Assembly: GCA_030601675.1 (NCBI GenBank)
Contig: JAUWBN010000002.1
Span: 2,150-66,149 of the forward strand
Reading direction: 5' to 3'
Length of the DNA stretch: 64,000 nt
Source of the DNA: Hadesarchaea archaeon
GTDB lineage: Archaea > Hadarchaeota > Hadarchaeia > Hadarchaeales > Hadarchaeaceae
Shown here: positions 19,330 to 28,901 of the stretch, piece after piece
Position numbering within the stretch: the first letter of the stretch is position 1
How the letters are laid out: each line of letters starts with the position of its first letter
Notes under the pieces: model-generated
The model's input: only the letters and a program-made list of their open reading frames with translations
The model's database searches: none
What the model was told of the DNA's origin: nothing
Program-made: the position numbers and the translations under genes

Positions 19330-19416
19330 TGGAGCCGCCGGTGGGGGTCGAACCCACGACCTATCGCTTTCCCGACAGGTTACGAGGCGATCGCTCCACC
19401 GCTGAGCTACGGCGGC
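19330..19416 (-). tRNA. tRNA-Thr(CGT) with 12-nt intron (19369..19380) at 37/38; CCA encoded
   Basis: Acceptor GCCGCCG/CGGCGGC, anticodon stem ATCGC/GCGAT, GGTTCGA T-loop, U discriminator. Confidence 0.92.
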
Positions 19417-19760
19417 CCAATCAAAATTTGTGCGCCAAACACTTTAATCGTTTCTAAACAACTGCGCTAGGATTTGCATCGGGACTTATCGAGCGGAGGA
19501 TTACGTGCGCTTTAGCATGCGAAAGGATAAAAAATCAGATCTGAATCTAAATGCGCTAATCATGAAAACGACCTCGAAGATAAGTGGCAGCGGTGGAGGG
19601 GTCATGTGGAAGCGGTGGGTGGAAGGATCCCCGTTCAAAAATTCGACGCTTTCTTGAAACAGTTAAAACGGGAGGTATCTGTTACTTGACCGGTGTTTTT
19701 AACCATGCTTTAATGTTTGTGACAAAATTCCAGCGGGAGTGCGGTGCCTGCACAGCGTAA

Positions 19761-19848
19761 TGGCGCCGGGGCAGGGATTTGAACCCTGACGACCCAAAGG
19801 GTCAACAGCTCTCGAGGCTGCCGCATTACCTGACTCTGCCACCCCGGC
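19761..19848 (-). tRNA. tRNA-Ser(CGA); CCA encoded
   Basis: GCCGGGG/CCCCGGC acceptor, GCAGC-CTCGAGA-GCTGT anticodon arm, long variable arm, G discriminator. Confidence 0.95.
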
Positions 19849-19894
19849 TCGTGTAAAACTGTGCTTTTTTACTCTTAAATTAAATCGACTACAT

Positions 19895-22800
19895 CTACAT
19901 AAAATCCGCGAGGCTGAGCTGACGGTGAGCATCGCTCTCGAAGACCGATTTTATATCGCGCTGCACCAACCTTAGGCGCTGCTTGGTGTAATCGCTCGCC
20001 TCGTAATCGTGCGCTATCTGCATCGCAACCTGCAAGTACTTCTCGACGCCTCCCCGCGTGACCGTGAGGATGAGCTTCCCCCCGCACCGCGTACATTGGC
20101 CTCTTAGTGGGACGCGACGATATTTTGAGTTGCAGCTCGTGCACCTGAACTGTTGGCTCGCGAACGCCCGCAGGTTCCCCTTCAGGTCAGGGATGAAGTG
20201 GTGCTCGATAAGCCGCTCGGCGACATCCCGTTCGTCCACAGCCCTGATCTTTCTAGTTAGCTCGAGCTGCGCCGAAGTCTTTTGCTCCATCGTCTCAAGT
20301 GTCTTGTAGCGGCTCGCGTGAGGGCCGGCTGCGATGTCGCCCGTGTCGAACGAAAACTTCAGCCCCACGTACTGGGCCTCACCCCCAAGCCTTTGCTCGA
20401 CGGTCTCCATGAGCTGCGCCAGCTCGCTTGGACTCGCATAGCGAAACGTGGATTCATAGAACTCGAGTGGGTAGCGCTCCATCACATCCATATTATACGC
20501 CTCCTTGTCGATCTCACGGGGGTCGATGCGGGTGTTCAGGATTAACGGGGCGTCCATCATCCCCCCGCGCTTCGAGGGCAGGAAGCGCTTGCTGAAGTTG
20601 AGCAGAGCATCGAGCAGAAGTATAACTGTATCTTCGTCCCCGTCACAGTCTCTTCTTTTGGCCGCATGGAAAAACGGGTGCGCGTACCCAACGTTCGCAT
20701 CGGTGAAACCTATGACGCGCCCAACGATGCCTACCGATGTATGCGGCGCTAAACCGATGACCAAATGCCCCGCCAGGTCCACCGGTTGGCTCGCGTTGTA
20801 GTACGGCTTCAACCCATAGAACTTCTGAAGCAGGTCGTCGACGAACTTCGACACGCGGAGCAAATACTCGGCGCACGTGTTCGAGAGGATGATGTCCTGC
20901 ACCTTGAGCTCAACGAGCTGGTCATCCCGCTCCAGCGGCTTCCCCTCGCAATCCAGCTCATATCCCAATTCGCGCAGCCGTTCCACAGACATATCCACCT
21001 CCCGCGGCCTGAAGTGGGTGAGCGGCACATCGGTTGCATCAAACCTAACTGTACCGTCCTTGAATACGTAAACGCGATGCTTCGCCCGCAGGATCCCCTT
21101 CTCGAGAGGCTCTGGAATTTTATGGGCGCTCGTCATACCTCTGACGCCCTTGACCTCCGGTGGCGCTTCCTCCTGCAATCGCTGCAGCGCCTCGTCGAAA
21201 AGCGGCTTCAGCTCAACCCTCCGCCTGTCAAAGTACTCCGTGCGGACGTTGCACGCGAGGCAACGCTCTTCATTTGTCGGTCGCTTACAACGGGGGCACG
21301 CCCGTACGTAATTTGTGATTGTTCCGCACTTCGGGCATTTTCGGGTGAAGCCAATGGTCCCGCACTTCGGGCACTCCAGTCTCGTCACCTCTACATAGAT
21401 TTCACCGCGCTCGGCTGCCTTCACCACGCTGCGCGTCGCCCCGCCGCGCAAGCTGACAGGGAAAAGCACGTGCACCGGAGGTTTCATCAACCGTGGGTTT
21501 GCCTTCTCCGGCCTGCCCATCCTGCACCCTATGCGCGTTGGGGCTTTCCGCTTCACGGGGAACCCAGCCAGAACCTGGACGATCTCCATGATATCCTTCG
21601 ACGGATTTTTGTGCAACGTCTCCTCGAGGCGCTCGCTGGTCAAACGCTGCCCATCGAGCAGGCCCAAACACCTGCACAATGGTAGAGCGTTACCCTCGAC
21701 CAAGACGCGCCCATCCTCGACCCTATGCGGCACCCCAAGGGCCTCGAGCACTCGCTTGGGTGTCTGATTCAGGACCAAACGAAGCCCCTTGAGCTTACCA
21801 TCCTTGAACTCCGGCTCACCTCCCGTTAACCAACTGCCCAGTTCCCGGAGCTCCTCGATGCTGATATCGTGGAAAAGATATGTGTACGCGGGATGGAGCG
21901 GGACCCCGAGTTTCTCGGATAGTTCCACCGCCAGGGGTGGGGCGGGCTTCAAATATGGGGGTGAAAGGTATGGGGATAGGTCCGCGTCGAATTTCTTTCC
22001 CGCCAGCGCCCTTTCGACCTCCTGGGCCCACCACTCCTCGCAGTAACCGGCTGGCATGAGCGGGTGATTGTTCTCGAGAAACTCGCCGAAACCTATGAGG
22101 ATGTCCCCTAGCGACAATATCTCGTCGACTCGATCCCTGAGTTCAAGTGCTTGCTCGACCGAATTCACCTGAACCACCGAGCCATCGTCGAGCTTGACTA
22201 TCGGCCCTTCGATCGAGTCCGCAGGCGTTACAGCGCCGCTCTTACCTGGTCGCTCCATCTTGAGCTGGGTCCCAACCGCTATGAAATCGTCGCATATCGT
22301 CATCGTAGCGGGGTGGACGCCGACCGCAGCTATGCCCGTATTCCTCGCACGCCCGTAGCGAAGTCTGAACCCTCCTTCCCGGCTCGGATGAGAAAAAACG
22401 GGCCTGCCGGCGATCACATCATCCAGATACTTGTTCCCTTTTGGGTAAGCCAGCGCAGCCTTTTCCTCTGCCTGCACCTTGGCGATCGACTCGGAAAGCC
22501 AACCCCAGCCGTCGATGTTCAGCTTGCTCACGTGCTTCATTATCTTCGGCGCCTTCTGCAGAACTCCCTCCACCAAGGCCAAGACCGCCCCTCCCCGGAC
22601 GAGGTTGTGCCCTATCCGCTCGAGGTCGCGGTAGGCTGTTACAGAGATATCCCGTTCGGTCGGTTCGCCTGTTATCTCCACCGGAATATTGCGCACGGCG
22701 GCGCGGATGTCGTCAGCGGACGGAGGGGTGTATTGGAGGTGGGCGATATCGGTAGCGTAGAGGTCCGCCTCCTCCACAAATCGCTCAATCTCGTTATCGG

Positions 22801-23323
22801 TCGGCTTGTAGGGACCCAAGTACAACTTTCGCCGCACGAAATCCCCGGTGAGGACGGCGAGCGCAGTTGCTGTGCCCCCCGCCGACCTGATCGGGCTGGC
22901 GAAGTAAAGCGCGAGGTAGGGTGAGCCATCAAAATTTTTTCTTATTTCAACATGGGTTATGCCCTCGAGCGGTGCTGTCACGATACCCTCGGTTATTATC
23001 GCGAGCGCCGTCCGGACTGCCTGCTCCGCTGCCTGCTGCTCTTGAAATCCTCCAAAGTGTCCGTCGACGATCATCTCGGCTATTTTTAGACTCAGCTCCT
23101 CCCGTGGCATCTCCTTCTCGAGCTCGCGTATCACCTCCGCCACGCCAGGTGGTCCGACAAGTTCCTCGACCCTCGCGGCGAGGTCTTCGGCCTGGGGGAT
23201 TTCCAGTTCCAGCTCTGGGTCGTAACCCAACGCCCGGGACTTCTTGGCTATCTCATAAATTTCATTGATTTGCCGCTCGAGTTCTTTGAAGTAAGCCTTC
23301 ATTTCCTGCGTGGCACCCATCAT
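19895..23323 (-). CDS. polC: DNA polymerase D large subunit DP2 (no intein)
   Basis: YFASPIRSAGGT, GFRLRYGR, RDCDGDED, C-terminal Zn fingers, PIP QLSLADF. Confidence 0.97.
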   Translation of the reverse strand: MMGATQEMKAYFKELERQINEIYEIAKKSRALGYDPELELEIPQAEDLAARVEELVGPPGVAEVIRELEKEMPREELSLKIAEMIVDGHFGGFQEQQAAEQAVRTALAIITEGIVTAPLEGITHVEIRKNFDGSPYLALYFASPIRSAGGTATALAVLTGDFVRRKLYLGPYKPTDNEIERFVEEADLYATDIAHLQYTPPSADDIRAAVRNIPVEITGEPTERDISVTAYRDLERIGHNLVRGGAVLALVEGVLQKAPKIMKHVSKLNIDGWGWLSESIAKVQAEEKAALAYPKGNKYLDDVIAGRPVFSHPSREGGFRLRYGRARNTGIAAVGVHPATMTICDDFIAVGTQLKMERPGKSGAVTPADSIEGPIVKLDDGSVVQVNSVEQALELRDRVDEILSLGDILIGFGEFLENNHPLMPAGYCEEWWAQEVERALAGKKFDADLSPYLSPPYLKPAPPLAVELSEKLGVPLHPAYTYLFHDISIEELRELGSWLTGGEPEFKDGKLKGLRLVLNQTPKRVLEALGVPHRVEDGRVLVEGNALPLCRCLGLLDGQRLTSERLEETLHKNPSKDIMEIVQVLAGFPVKRKAPTRIGCRMGRPEKANPRLMKPPVHVLFPVSLRGGATRSVVKAAERGEIYVEVTRLECPKCGTIGFTRKCPKCGTITNYVRACPRCKRPTNEERCLACNVRTEYFDRRRVELKPLFDEALQRLQEEAPPEVKGVRGMTSAHKIPEPLEKGILRAKHRVYVFKDGTVRFDATDVPLTHFRPREVDMSVERLRELGYELDCEGKPLERDDQLVELKVQDIILSNTCAEYLLRVSKFVDDLLQKFYGLKPYYNASQPVDLAGHLVIGLAPHTSVGIVGRVIGFTDANVGYAHPFFHAAKRRDCDGDEDTVILLLDALLNFSKRFLPSKRGGMMDAPLILNTRIDPREIDKEAYNMDVMERYPLEFYESTFRYASPSELAQLMETVEQRLGGEAQYVGLKFSFDTGDIAAGPHASRYKTLETMEQKTSAQLELTRKIRAVDERDVAERLIEHHFIPDLKGNLRAFASQQFRCTSCNSKYRRVPLRGQCTRCGGKLILTVTRGGVEKYLQVAMQIAHDYEASDYTKQRLRLVQRDIKSVFESDAHRQLSLADFM

Positions 23324-23533
23324 CTACCCACCAAATCCCCTAAACTGTTGATAACAGGGTCGGAACCAATTCTAATCTGAATTTTTTTCATGTCTAATCA
23401 CGTTGAGCGCGGGGGCCGGGCCGATTGGTAGAGAGCAAAAAATCGTCTTGCCGAGGAGGATTTTCTACCTTTCGGCCAATCACCACCCAACCCCCGTTTC
23501 GCCCTGTTATTTTTATCGACCGCTTGAGCGAGC

Positions 23534-25111
23534 TCACGCAAAATGAATCACCCTAGCCTGATGGGTTTGTAGATCGATGACGGGCACGATTCCTGGCGTG
23601 GGCTTCACTCCAAGCCTCCGCATATAAATGGTCGTCTCTTGGAAGGTTCCCGAGTTAACCACTTCCACGCCGCGATACCGCTCGTACCCGTAAACGTGAA
23701 TGTGGCCGCAGTGAAATACGTCAGGCACCTCCTCTATCACGAGGTAATCCTGCTCCTCTGGCGATATCGCCGTGCGCCCCCCATAGACCGGGGCGAGGTG
23801 CCGCTTCTGCAGGAGTTTGATCATCGGGGGCGTGGATTTCTGCCGGTTCAGCCCGGGCATCGTCGCTATTAAATCGTCGAAGCTCCTGCCGTGATAGATC
23901 AGAAAATTAACATCATGAAGGGATACCCGTGCTGGATTCCCGACCATGACCGAGTTCAGGTCGTAGAGGCCTCCCGCAATATCTTTTTGGATCGCTGGCT
24001 GGGGCTCGGTGGGGCGAACGGCATCGTGGTTCCCGGGCGCTATGATGATGGTGATGTGCTCAGGCACTTGGGCCAAGAGCTTAGCTGCGGCGTCATATTG
24101 CTTGATGACATCGTTGATGAGCAACTCCTCCTCCTGCTGGGGATAAATCCCAACCCCATCGACTATGTCGCCTGCGATTACCAGGTACTTGACCCTGCTC
24201 GCTAGCTCCTGCTGCTGGGCGTTGCCCGCCTCACCCCGCAACCAATTCACAAACTTCATGAACGTATCTTCGAGGAACATCTCGCTCCCGACGTGCAGGT
24301 CCGATATCAGCGCCGCGCAGGCGGGATCCTCAGCGCGGGAGAACTCGTGTGTGATGGGCAAGTCAGGCCAGATGATGTCCCTGACTAACAACCTGGGGGC
24401 GCGGTCTCCGCTCCGCACATCCCCCACGACCCCAACTATCTCATCCACGACCACTTCTGCCGCCTTTCGCATGAGCTCCCTCCGGCCTTTGAAGACCCAC
24501 GCCGATACCAGACCGTTCAAATCCTCCATCTCTAAAACTACGTGCCCCCCCGAGGTCTCCCGCTTATCTGAGACCATCCCGATCACCTTCACCAATGTCC
24601 TATCCTCGAAGCTCCTCAGATTGCTGATCGGGACCGCATCGTGAAAGTCGATGCGCTTCCGAAGGATGCGGCTCAAGCACTCATAACGGTCCCTGAACAC
24701 GTTCACGAAGTCCTTCAGCTTTCCCTCCGTGTAGCTCCGCCCGGTGATATCCTTAAGCACCTTGACCCGGGGCTCGAACTCGCCGGCCTTCGGTTTGAAT
24801 TTGATGCGGGTGGGCCCTGGTAATTTTTCTGCAATTTCCCCAGCTCTGGGGGCCTCCCCTGCTTCAGGTAAGCTCGGTCCGGGTGGAGGAACCATGGGCG
24901 TGGGGGCTGTTTCAACGTCCACCCCTTCCAGAATTTTTGTGATGAGATTGGCCGTTACCAAAAGGGGCTTGCTCTCCATTTCCCTGATTCTAACCAGCAC
25001 CCGCTCGACTGCGGACTCCATATCATCCTGCCTGTGCAGTGTGTTGAGCGCGTCCGGCGTCAGCTGCATGTCCGCATCCATGAACTTGCGAACCAACGAG
25101 GTGTCGTCCAT
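23534..25111 (-). CDS. polB: DNA polymerase D small subunit DP1
   Basis: OB fold plus ISDLHVGS, AGDIVDG, PGNHD, YHGRS, CGHIH phosphoesterase motifs. Confidence 0.95.
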   Translation of the reverse strand: MDDTSLVRKFMDADMQLTPDALNTLHRQDDMESAVERVLVRIREMESKPLLVTANLITKILEGVDVETAPTPMVPPPGPSLPEAGEAPRAGEIAEKLPGPTRIKFKPKAGEFEPRVKVLKDITGRSYTEGKLKDFVNVFRDRYECLSRILRKRIDFHDAVPISNLRSFEDRTLVKVIGMVSDKRETSGGHVVLEMEDLNGLVSAWVFKGRRELMRKAAEVVVDEIVGVVGDVRSGDRAPRLLVRDIIWPDLPITHEFSRAEDPACAALISDLHVGSEMFLEDTFMKFVNWLRGEAGNAQQQELASRVKYLVIAGDIVDGVGIYPQQEEELLINDVIKQYDAAAKLLAQVPEHITIIIAPGNHDAVRPTEPQPAIQKDIAGGLYDLNSVMVGNPARVSLHDVNFLIYHGRSFDDLIATMPGLNRQKSTPPMIKLLQKRHLAPVYGGRTAISPEEQDYLVIEEVPDVFHCGHIHVYGYERYRGVEVVNSGTFQETTIYMRRLGVKPTPGIVPVIDLQTHQARVIHFA

Positions 25112-25120
25112 AAAAACCCC

Positions 25121-26401
25121 CTACACGAGCGTCAGCTGCCGCGGAAGTTGGAGTGCTTCGAGGCTGACGATAGGGTGCTCCCCCTGAACCGCCGCCCTCG
25201 CTTGGATCGGCGTGATGCTCAGCGTTATCTCCTTGGTCCGCCCGTAGCGACCCTTGCTGATGATCTGGGCGTTGATGATCCCTAGCATGTCGAGTTCGGA
25301 AATCAGGTCACTGACGCGGCGCTGCGTTAGCACATCCAACCCACTCTGCCGGCATAGCGCGCGATAGACAGCGTACACGTCGCCGGTCACTATCTTGCGG
25401 GAGTTCTTCTCCGTCAAGAGCACGACGCTGAAGAGTACCAATTTCGACTGCGAGGGCAACGTTCGAACGACCTCCACCATCTTGTCCTTCTCCATCTTCT
25501 CGAACGCCAGTTGGACATGGGTCACGGTGACCATCTCCACGCCCTCGCGCTCGGCTAGCTCGCCCGCGATACGCAGCAAGTCGAGGGCCCGCCTGGCATC
25601 GCCGTGCTCCCTCGCCGCGTGAGCCGCGCAGAGTGAGATCACGCCGTCGCCCAACACCCCGTCAGCGTAGCTCATCTCCGCTCGCTTCTCCAATATGTCT
25701 TTGAGCTGAAGCGCGTTGTAAGGGGGGAAAACTAGCTCCTCCTCGCTGAGGCTGCTCCGAACGCGGGGGTCTAGGTAGTTCATGAAGTTCAAATCGTTGG
25801 AGATGCCCACGATACTCACTTTCGCTTTTATCAGGTCGGAATTCATACGGGTCAAATTGTAGAGAACCTCATCACCGCTCTTCAGCACGAGCCTATCGAT
25901 CTCGTCCAGTACGATTACCGCGAGCTGTGGGTCGTGATCGAGCGCTCTGAAGAAACATCGATAGACTTCATCCGTCGGCCAGCCCGTCATCGGGACGCTT
26001 TCGGGAAAACCTAGGGAATTCGCGTGCTCCCTGCCGTAGCGCTCCCTGAGCTTATCCAAGAAGGTGTTCGCGAGTGTCGCGAGAATTCGGTACTGGGTGT
26101 TGACGACCTCGCAGTTCAGATAAACTGGCTCAACCATCCGAGGCGCATGACTGCTCACGCGCTTCAGCTCCTTCACCACGTACTTCACGCTAGCCGTCTT
26201 CCCCGTCCCCGTCTTGCCGTAGATGAACAGGTTCGACGGCGTCTCCCCTCTTAGGGGGGCCACGAGTATCCGCGCGAGCTGATGAATCTGCTCACCCCGG
26301 TGCGGTAGTTCCTCGGGTGTGTAGCTCGGTCGTAGATACTCCCGGTTTTTGAATATCGGCTTCGTCACCAACAGCATGTCGAACAGGCCTTCCGAACTCA
26401 T
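25121..26401 (-). CDS. cdc6: Orc1/Cdc6 replication initiator
   Basis: ELPHR, GKTGTGKT, VLDEID, GDARRALDLLR, GRYGRT; GGAGGTG precedes ATG at 26401. Confidence 0.95.
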   Translation of the reverse strand: MSSEGLFDMLLVTKPIFKNREYLRPSYTPEELPHRGEQIHQLARILVAPLRGETPSNLFIYGKTGTGKTASVKYVVKELKRVSSHAPRMVEPVYLNCEVVNTQYRILATLANTFLDKLRERYGREHANSLGFPESVPMTGWPTDEVYRCFFRALDHDPQLAVIVLDEIDRLVLKSGDEVLYNLTRMNSDLIKAKVSIVGISNDLNFMNYLDPRVRSSLSEEELVFPPYNALQLKDILEKRAEMSYADGVLGDGVISLCAAHAAREHGDARRALDLLRIAGELAEREGVEMVTVTHVQLAFEKMEKDKMVEVVRTLPSQSKLVLFSVVLLTEKNSRKIVTGDVYAVYRALCRQSGLDVLTQRRVSDLISELDMLGIINAQIISKGRYGRTKEITLSITPIQARAAVQGEHPIVSLEALQLPRQLTLV

Positions 26402-26888
26402 TTTTACCCACCTCCTCTCCTGCCTTCTCAAGGGACTCATTCAACCGCTTGCTCCAGCCATCGAGCGTCGCAGCCAAGCGATTGATCAGGAACCGCTCTT
26501 GGGGCGGTAAGGGACCAGCTCCCTCTGGGGAAAGCGCCGACCGACCCAGCTTTGGAATCCTGACCTCCATCAGGGCTGAGACTTGGGTCTGGATCTCCTC
26601 GACTTTCCCGTGCTCTCCAGCCGCCCGTGCAAATGCGATCTCTTGAGCGATTGATGAATAGAAATCATCTGGAAGGGGTGTGAGCTCAGATTCACGCTCC
26701 TCCGCCAAGAGGAGCTTCCGGAGTTCTACTGACGTGAGTTTCTGGAGGGGCTCCACGAACCCATGACGCTCGAGGACCGCGGCCTCCCACGTCTCAAGCT
26801 CCGTTTCCTCTCCCTCTGCCAGCGGGCCCAGCTGCCTGCCCACCAACTTCATCGCCAGTAAATCCTTAAGGACCCGAACGCGTTTCAT
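26292..26888 (-). CDS. GINS subunit, Gins23 type (B domain then A domain)
   Basis: RVRVLKD..GPL..GEE.ELE.WEA.VL B-domain, LTPLPDDFY A-domain; directly follows mcm. Confidence 0.75.
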   Translation of the reverse strand: MKRVRVLKDLLAMKLVGRQLGPLAEGEETELETWEAAVLERHGFVEPLQKLTSVELRKLLLAEERESELTPLPDDFYSSIAQEIAFARAAGEHGKVEEIQTQVSALMEVRIPKLGRSALSPEGAGPLPPQERFLINRLAATLDGWSKRLNESLEKAGEEVGKNEFGRPVRHAVGDEADIQKPGVSTTELHTRGTTAPG

Positions 26889-28901
26889 TTACTTCACCGC
26901 TCGTGTGACCATGCCCTGCTTCGGCTCGTACAGGTGGCCCCTAATTTTCTCTTGCTCGATCAGCTCTTCCACAAACGATTGTCTGATCCCCTCGGACCCG
27001 GCGATGCGGATTATTTCCTCGACCGGCGCCGCCCCGCCGTACTGGCCCTCAAGCTCCTTAATGATATCCAGCACGCGGCGGATGTTATCCCGCTGAGATT
27101 TGGCCTTGCCCGTCATGAGCACGTCGATATCCAGTTTTCCCGTCTCGGTGTCGATCCCAGCCTCCTGCAAGGAGCGCTTGACGAGATTGATCGCACGGTT
27201 TGCGTCCTCAACGGTCACGCGATCGCTCAGCCGCATTCGGGTGTTCGCCTTCGTCAGCCGCACGATGGCCTCGAGTTGCCTCACTGTGATCGGGAGAGGT
27301 GCCTCGCCTCGCTCGGCTACCCTCCTCCAATCGACGAAGAAATCCTCGATCGTCTTCATGGCTTCCTTGTCATCAAATTTCGGATCGAGGTTCTGGCGCG
27401 CGTAGATGATGATCTTGCGCAGGAAATCCAAGTGGAGGGGCGGCTTGACCACCTTCGTGTGGGCGCGGTGCAGTTCTAGGATGTGGTGGGCCATGGTCCG
27501 ATCTCTGTCGGCACGCGGTTCGTCGCGCATGATGAAGATCAAGTCGAATCTCGAGAGGATCACGGGGTCTAGGGGGACTTGCTGTGCAATCGTGAGGTTC
27601 TTCTCAAACCTGCCGTATTTTGGGTTGGCTGCCGCGAGCACAGCGGTACGGGTGTTGAGAGTTGCGATGATGCCCGCCTTGGCCACGCTAATCGTCTGCT
27701 GCTCTAACGATTCTAAAATCGAGCTCGAGTCCTCCGGTCTCATTTTCTCGAACTCGTCGATGCTGGCTAAACCGCCGTCCGCTATCACAAGGGCCCCAGC
27801 CTCGAGGGTCCACCCACCACTTATCTCATCGCGGACTGCCGCAGCCGTAAGGCCGGCACCCGTGGCCTTCATGCCCGAGGTGTAAAGGCCGCGGGGAGCG
27901 ACGTTCGCGGCCCACTTCAGGATTTGACTCTTCGCAACACCTGGGTCACCTGTGAGGAGAACATGGGTGTCGCCTCGAATTCTCGTTCCATCTCGCAAAT
28001 CGATTGCCTCGCAGCCGAATAGCTGTAGCGCGATCGCCTCCTTGATCGCGTCATACCCATAGATGCTCGGAGCAATTGACTGGATAATCTTGTTTCTGAT
28101 CCAAGGGTCCTTCGCAAATTCCTTAATTTTGGCCTTGTCCTCTGGGGTCAGCTCGGCCTCCTCGACACCCTTCTGCAGGACCTCGATGTGGCTGATGAAT
28201 AATATCTTCCGGAACGTCTTTTTACGCTCTTGGCGTCTGCCCTCCTGAAAGACTCGCAGCACGCCCGTCAACATCACATGGTTCCCCGGCACCGCCTTAT
28301 CAACAAAATCATCCCTGACTATGCCATCCAACCTTCGGGGCATCCGCCCGCCGCGCAGCTTCTCGGGGGGCTCCTGTATGCACAGGCTCTGCCAGTCGCG
28401 AAACTCCGAGTTCTCGATCAAGAGGTCGAACGGGCCCCTCTTACCGCAGTTGGGATTTTCGCATACAAGAGGCTCCCTGAAGAACTCGCCGACCTGAAGT
28501 ACCCTATTTTCCTCGCCGCAACGCCTGCACTTGAATACCGCCTCTGTCGCCTCAGGCTTCACCTCGCCCGACCGCGTCAGGATCCCCTCGACCTGGATGA
28601 ACTTGCCCACGTGCCCGGCGCGGATTTTGCGGATCTCCATTGTCATTGATTTATCGAGTCCCATCACGCGCAAACGCATTCCGGGAAGCTTCGTTATCCC
28701 CTCCAAGATCTCGTCCGCCGTGTCTAGGAAATCTATTGGATTGTCAAGCAAGCTTTTCGCGAGTTCCATGTCAAACTCCAGGAGCCGGTCGAACGAAATG
28801 ACGAGCGATTTCCGCCCCTTCCCCGCTATCCTGCGCAGCTCCTTGAGGGTCTCCCTGCGGTGTAGGAACTTCTCTAGCTTTTCCTTAGCCTTGGACTCCA
28901 A
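26889..28901 (-). CDS. mcm: MCM replicative helicase (no intein)
   Basis: C4 Zn finger, GDPGVAKSQ, IDEFEKM, AAANP, SRFD, winged-helix tail. Confidence 0.97.
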   Translation of the reverse strand: MESKAKEKLEKFLHRRETLKELRRIAGKGRKSLVISFDRLLEFDMELAKSLLDNPIDFLDTADEILEGITKLPGMRLRVMGLDKSMTMEIRKIRAGHVGKFIQVEGILTRSGEVKPEATEAVFKCRRCGEENRVLQVGEFFREPLVCENPNCGKRGPFDLLIENSEFRDWQSLCIQEPPEKLRGGRMPRRLDGIVRDDFVDKAVPGNHVMLTGVLRVFQEGRRQERKKTFRKILFISHIEVLQKGVEEAELTPEDKAKIKEFAKDPWIRNKIIQSIAPSIYGYDAIKEAIALQLFGCEAIDLRDGTRIRGDTHVLLTGDPGVAKSQILKWAANVAPRGLYTSGMKATGAGLTAAAVRDEISGGWTLEAGALVIADGGLASIDEFEKMRPEDSSSILESLEQQTISVAKAGIIATLNTRTAVLAAANPKYGRFEKNLTIAQQVPLDPVILSRFDLIFIMRDEPRADRDRTMAHHILELHRAHTKVVKPPLHLDFLRKIIIYARQNLDPKFDDKEAMKTIEDFFVDWRRVAERGEAPLPITVRQLEAIVRLTKANTRMRLSDRVTVEDANRAINLVKRSLQEAGIDTETGKLDIDVLMTGKAKSQRDNIRRVLDIIKELEGQYGGAAPVEEIIRIAGSEGIRQSFVEELIEQEKIRGHLYEPKQGMVTRAVK

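Noticed and set aside
19505-19689. Small ORF between the tRNAs (50 aa with GGAGG; a more protein-like frame would join via the A6 run at 19529-19534)
   Set aside because: No recognisable motif; the frameshift idea cannot be supported without homologs or reads
20765-22924. Long + strand ORFs (306 aa, 257 aa) inside DP2
   Set aside because: Antisense shadows caused by codon bias of a GC-rich gene
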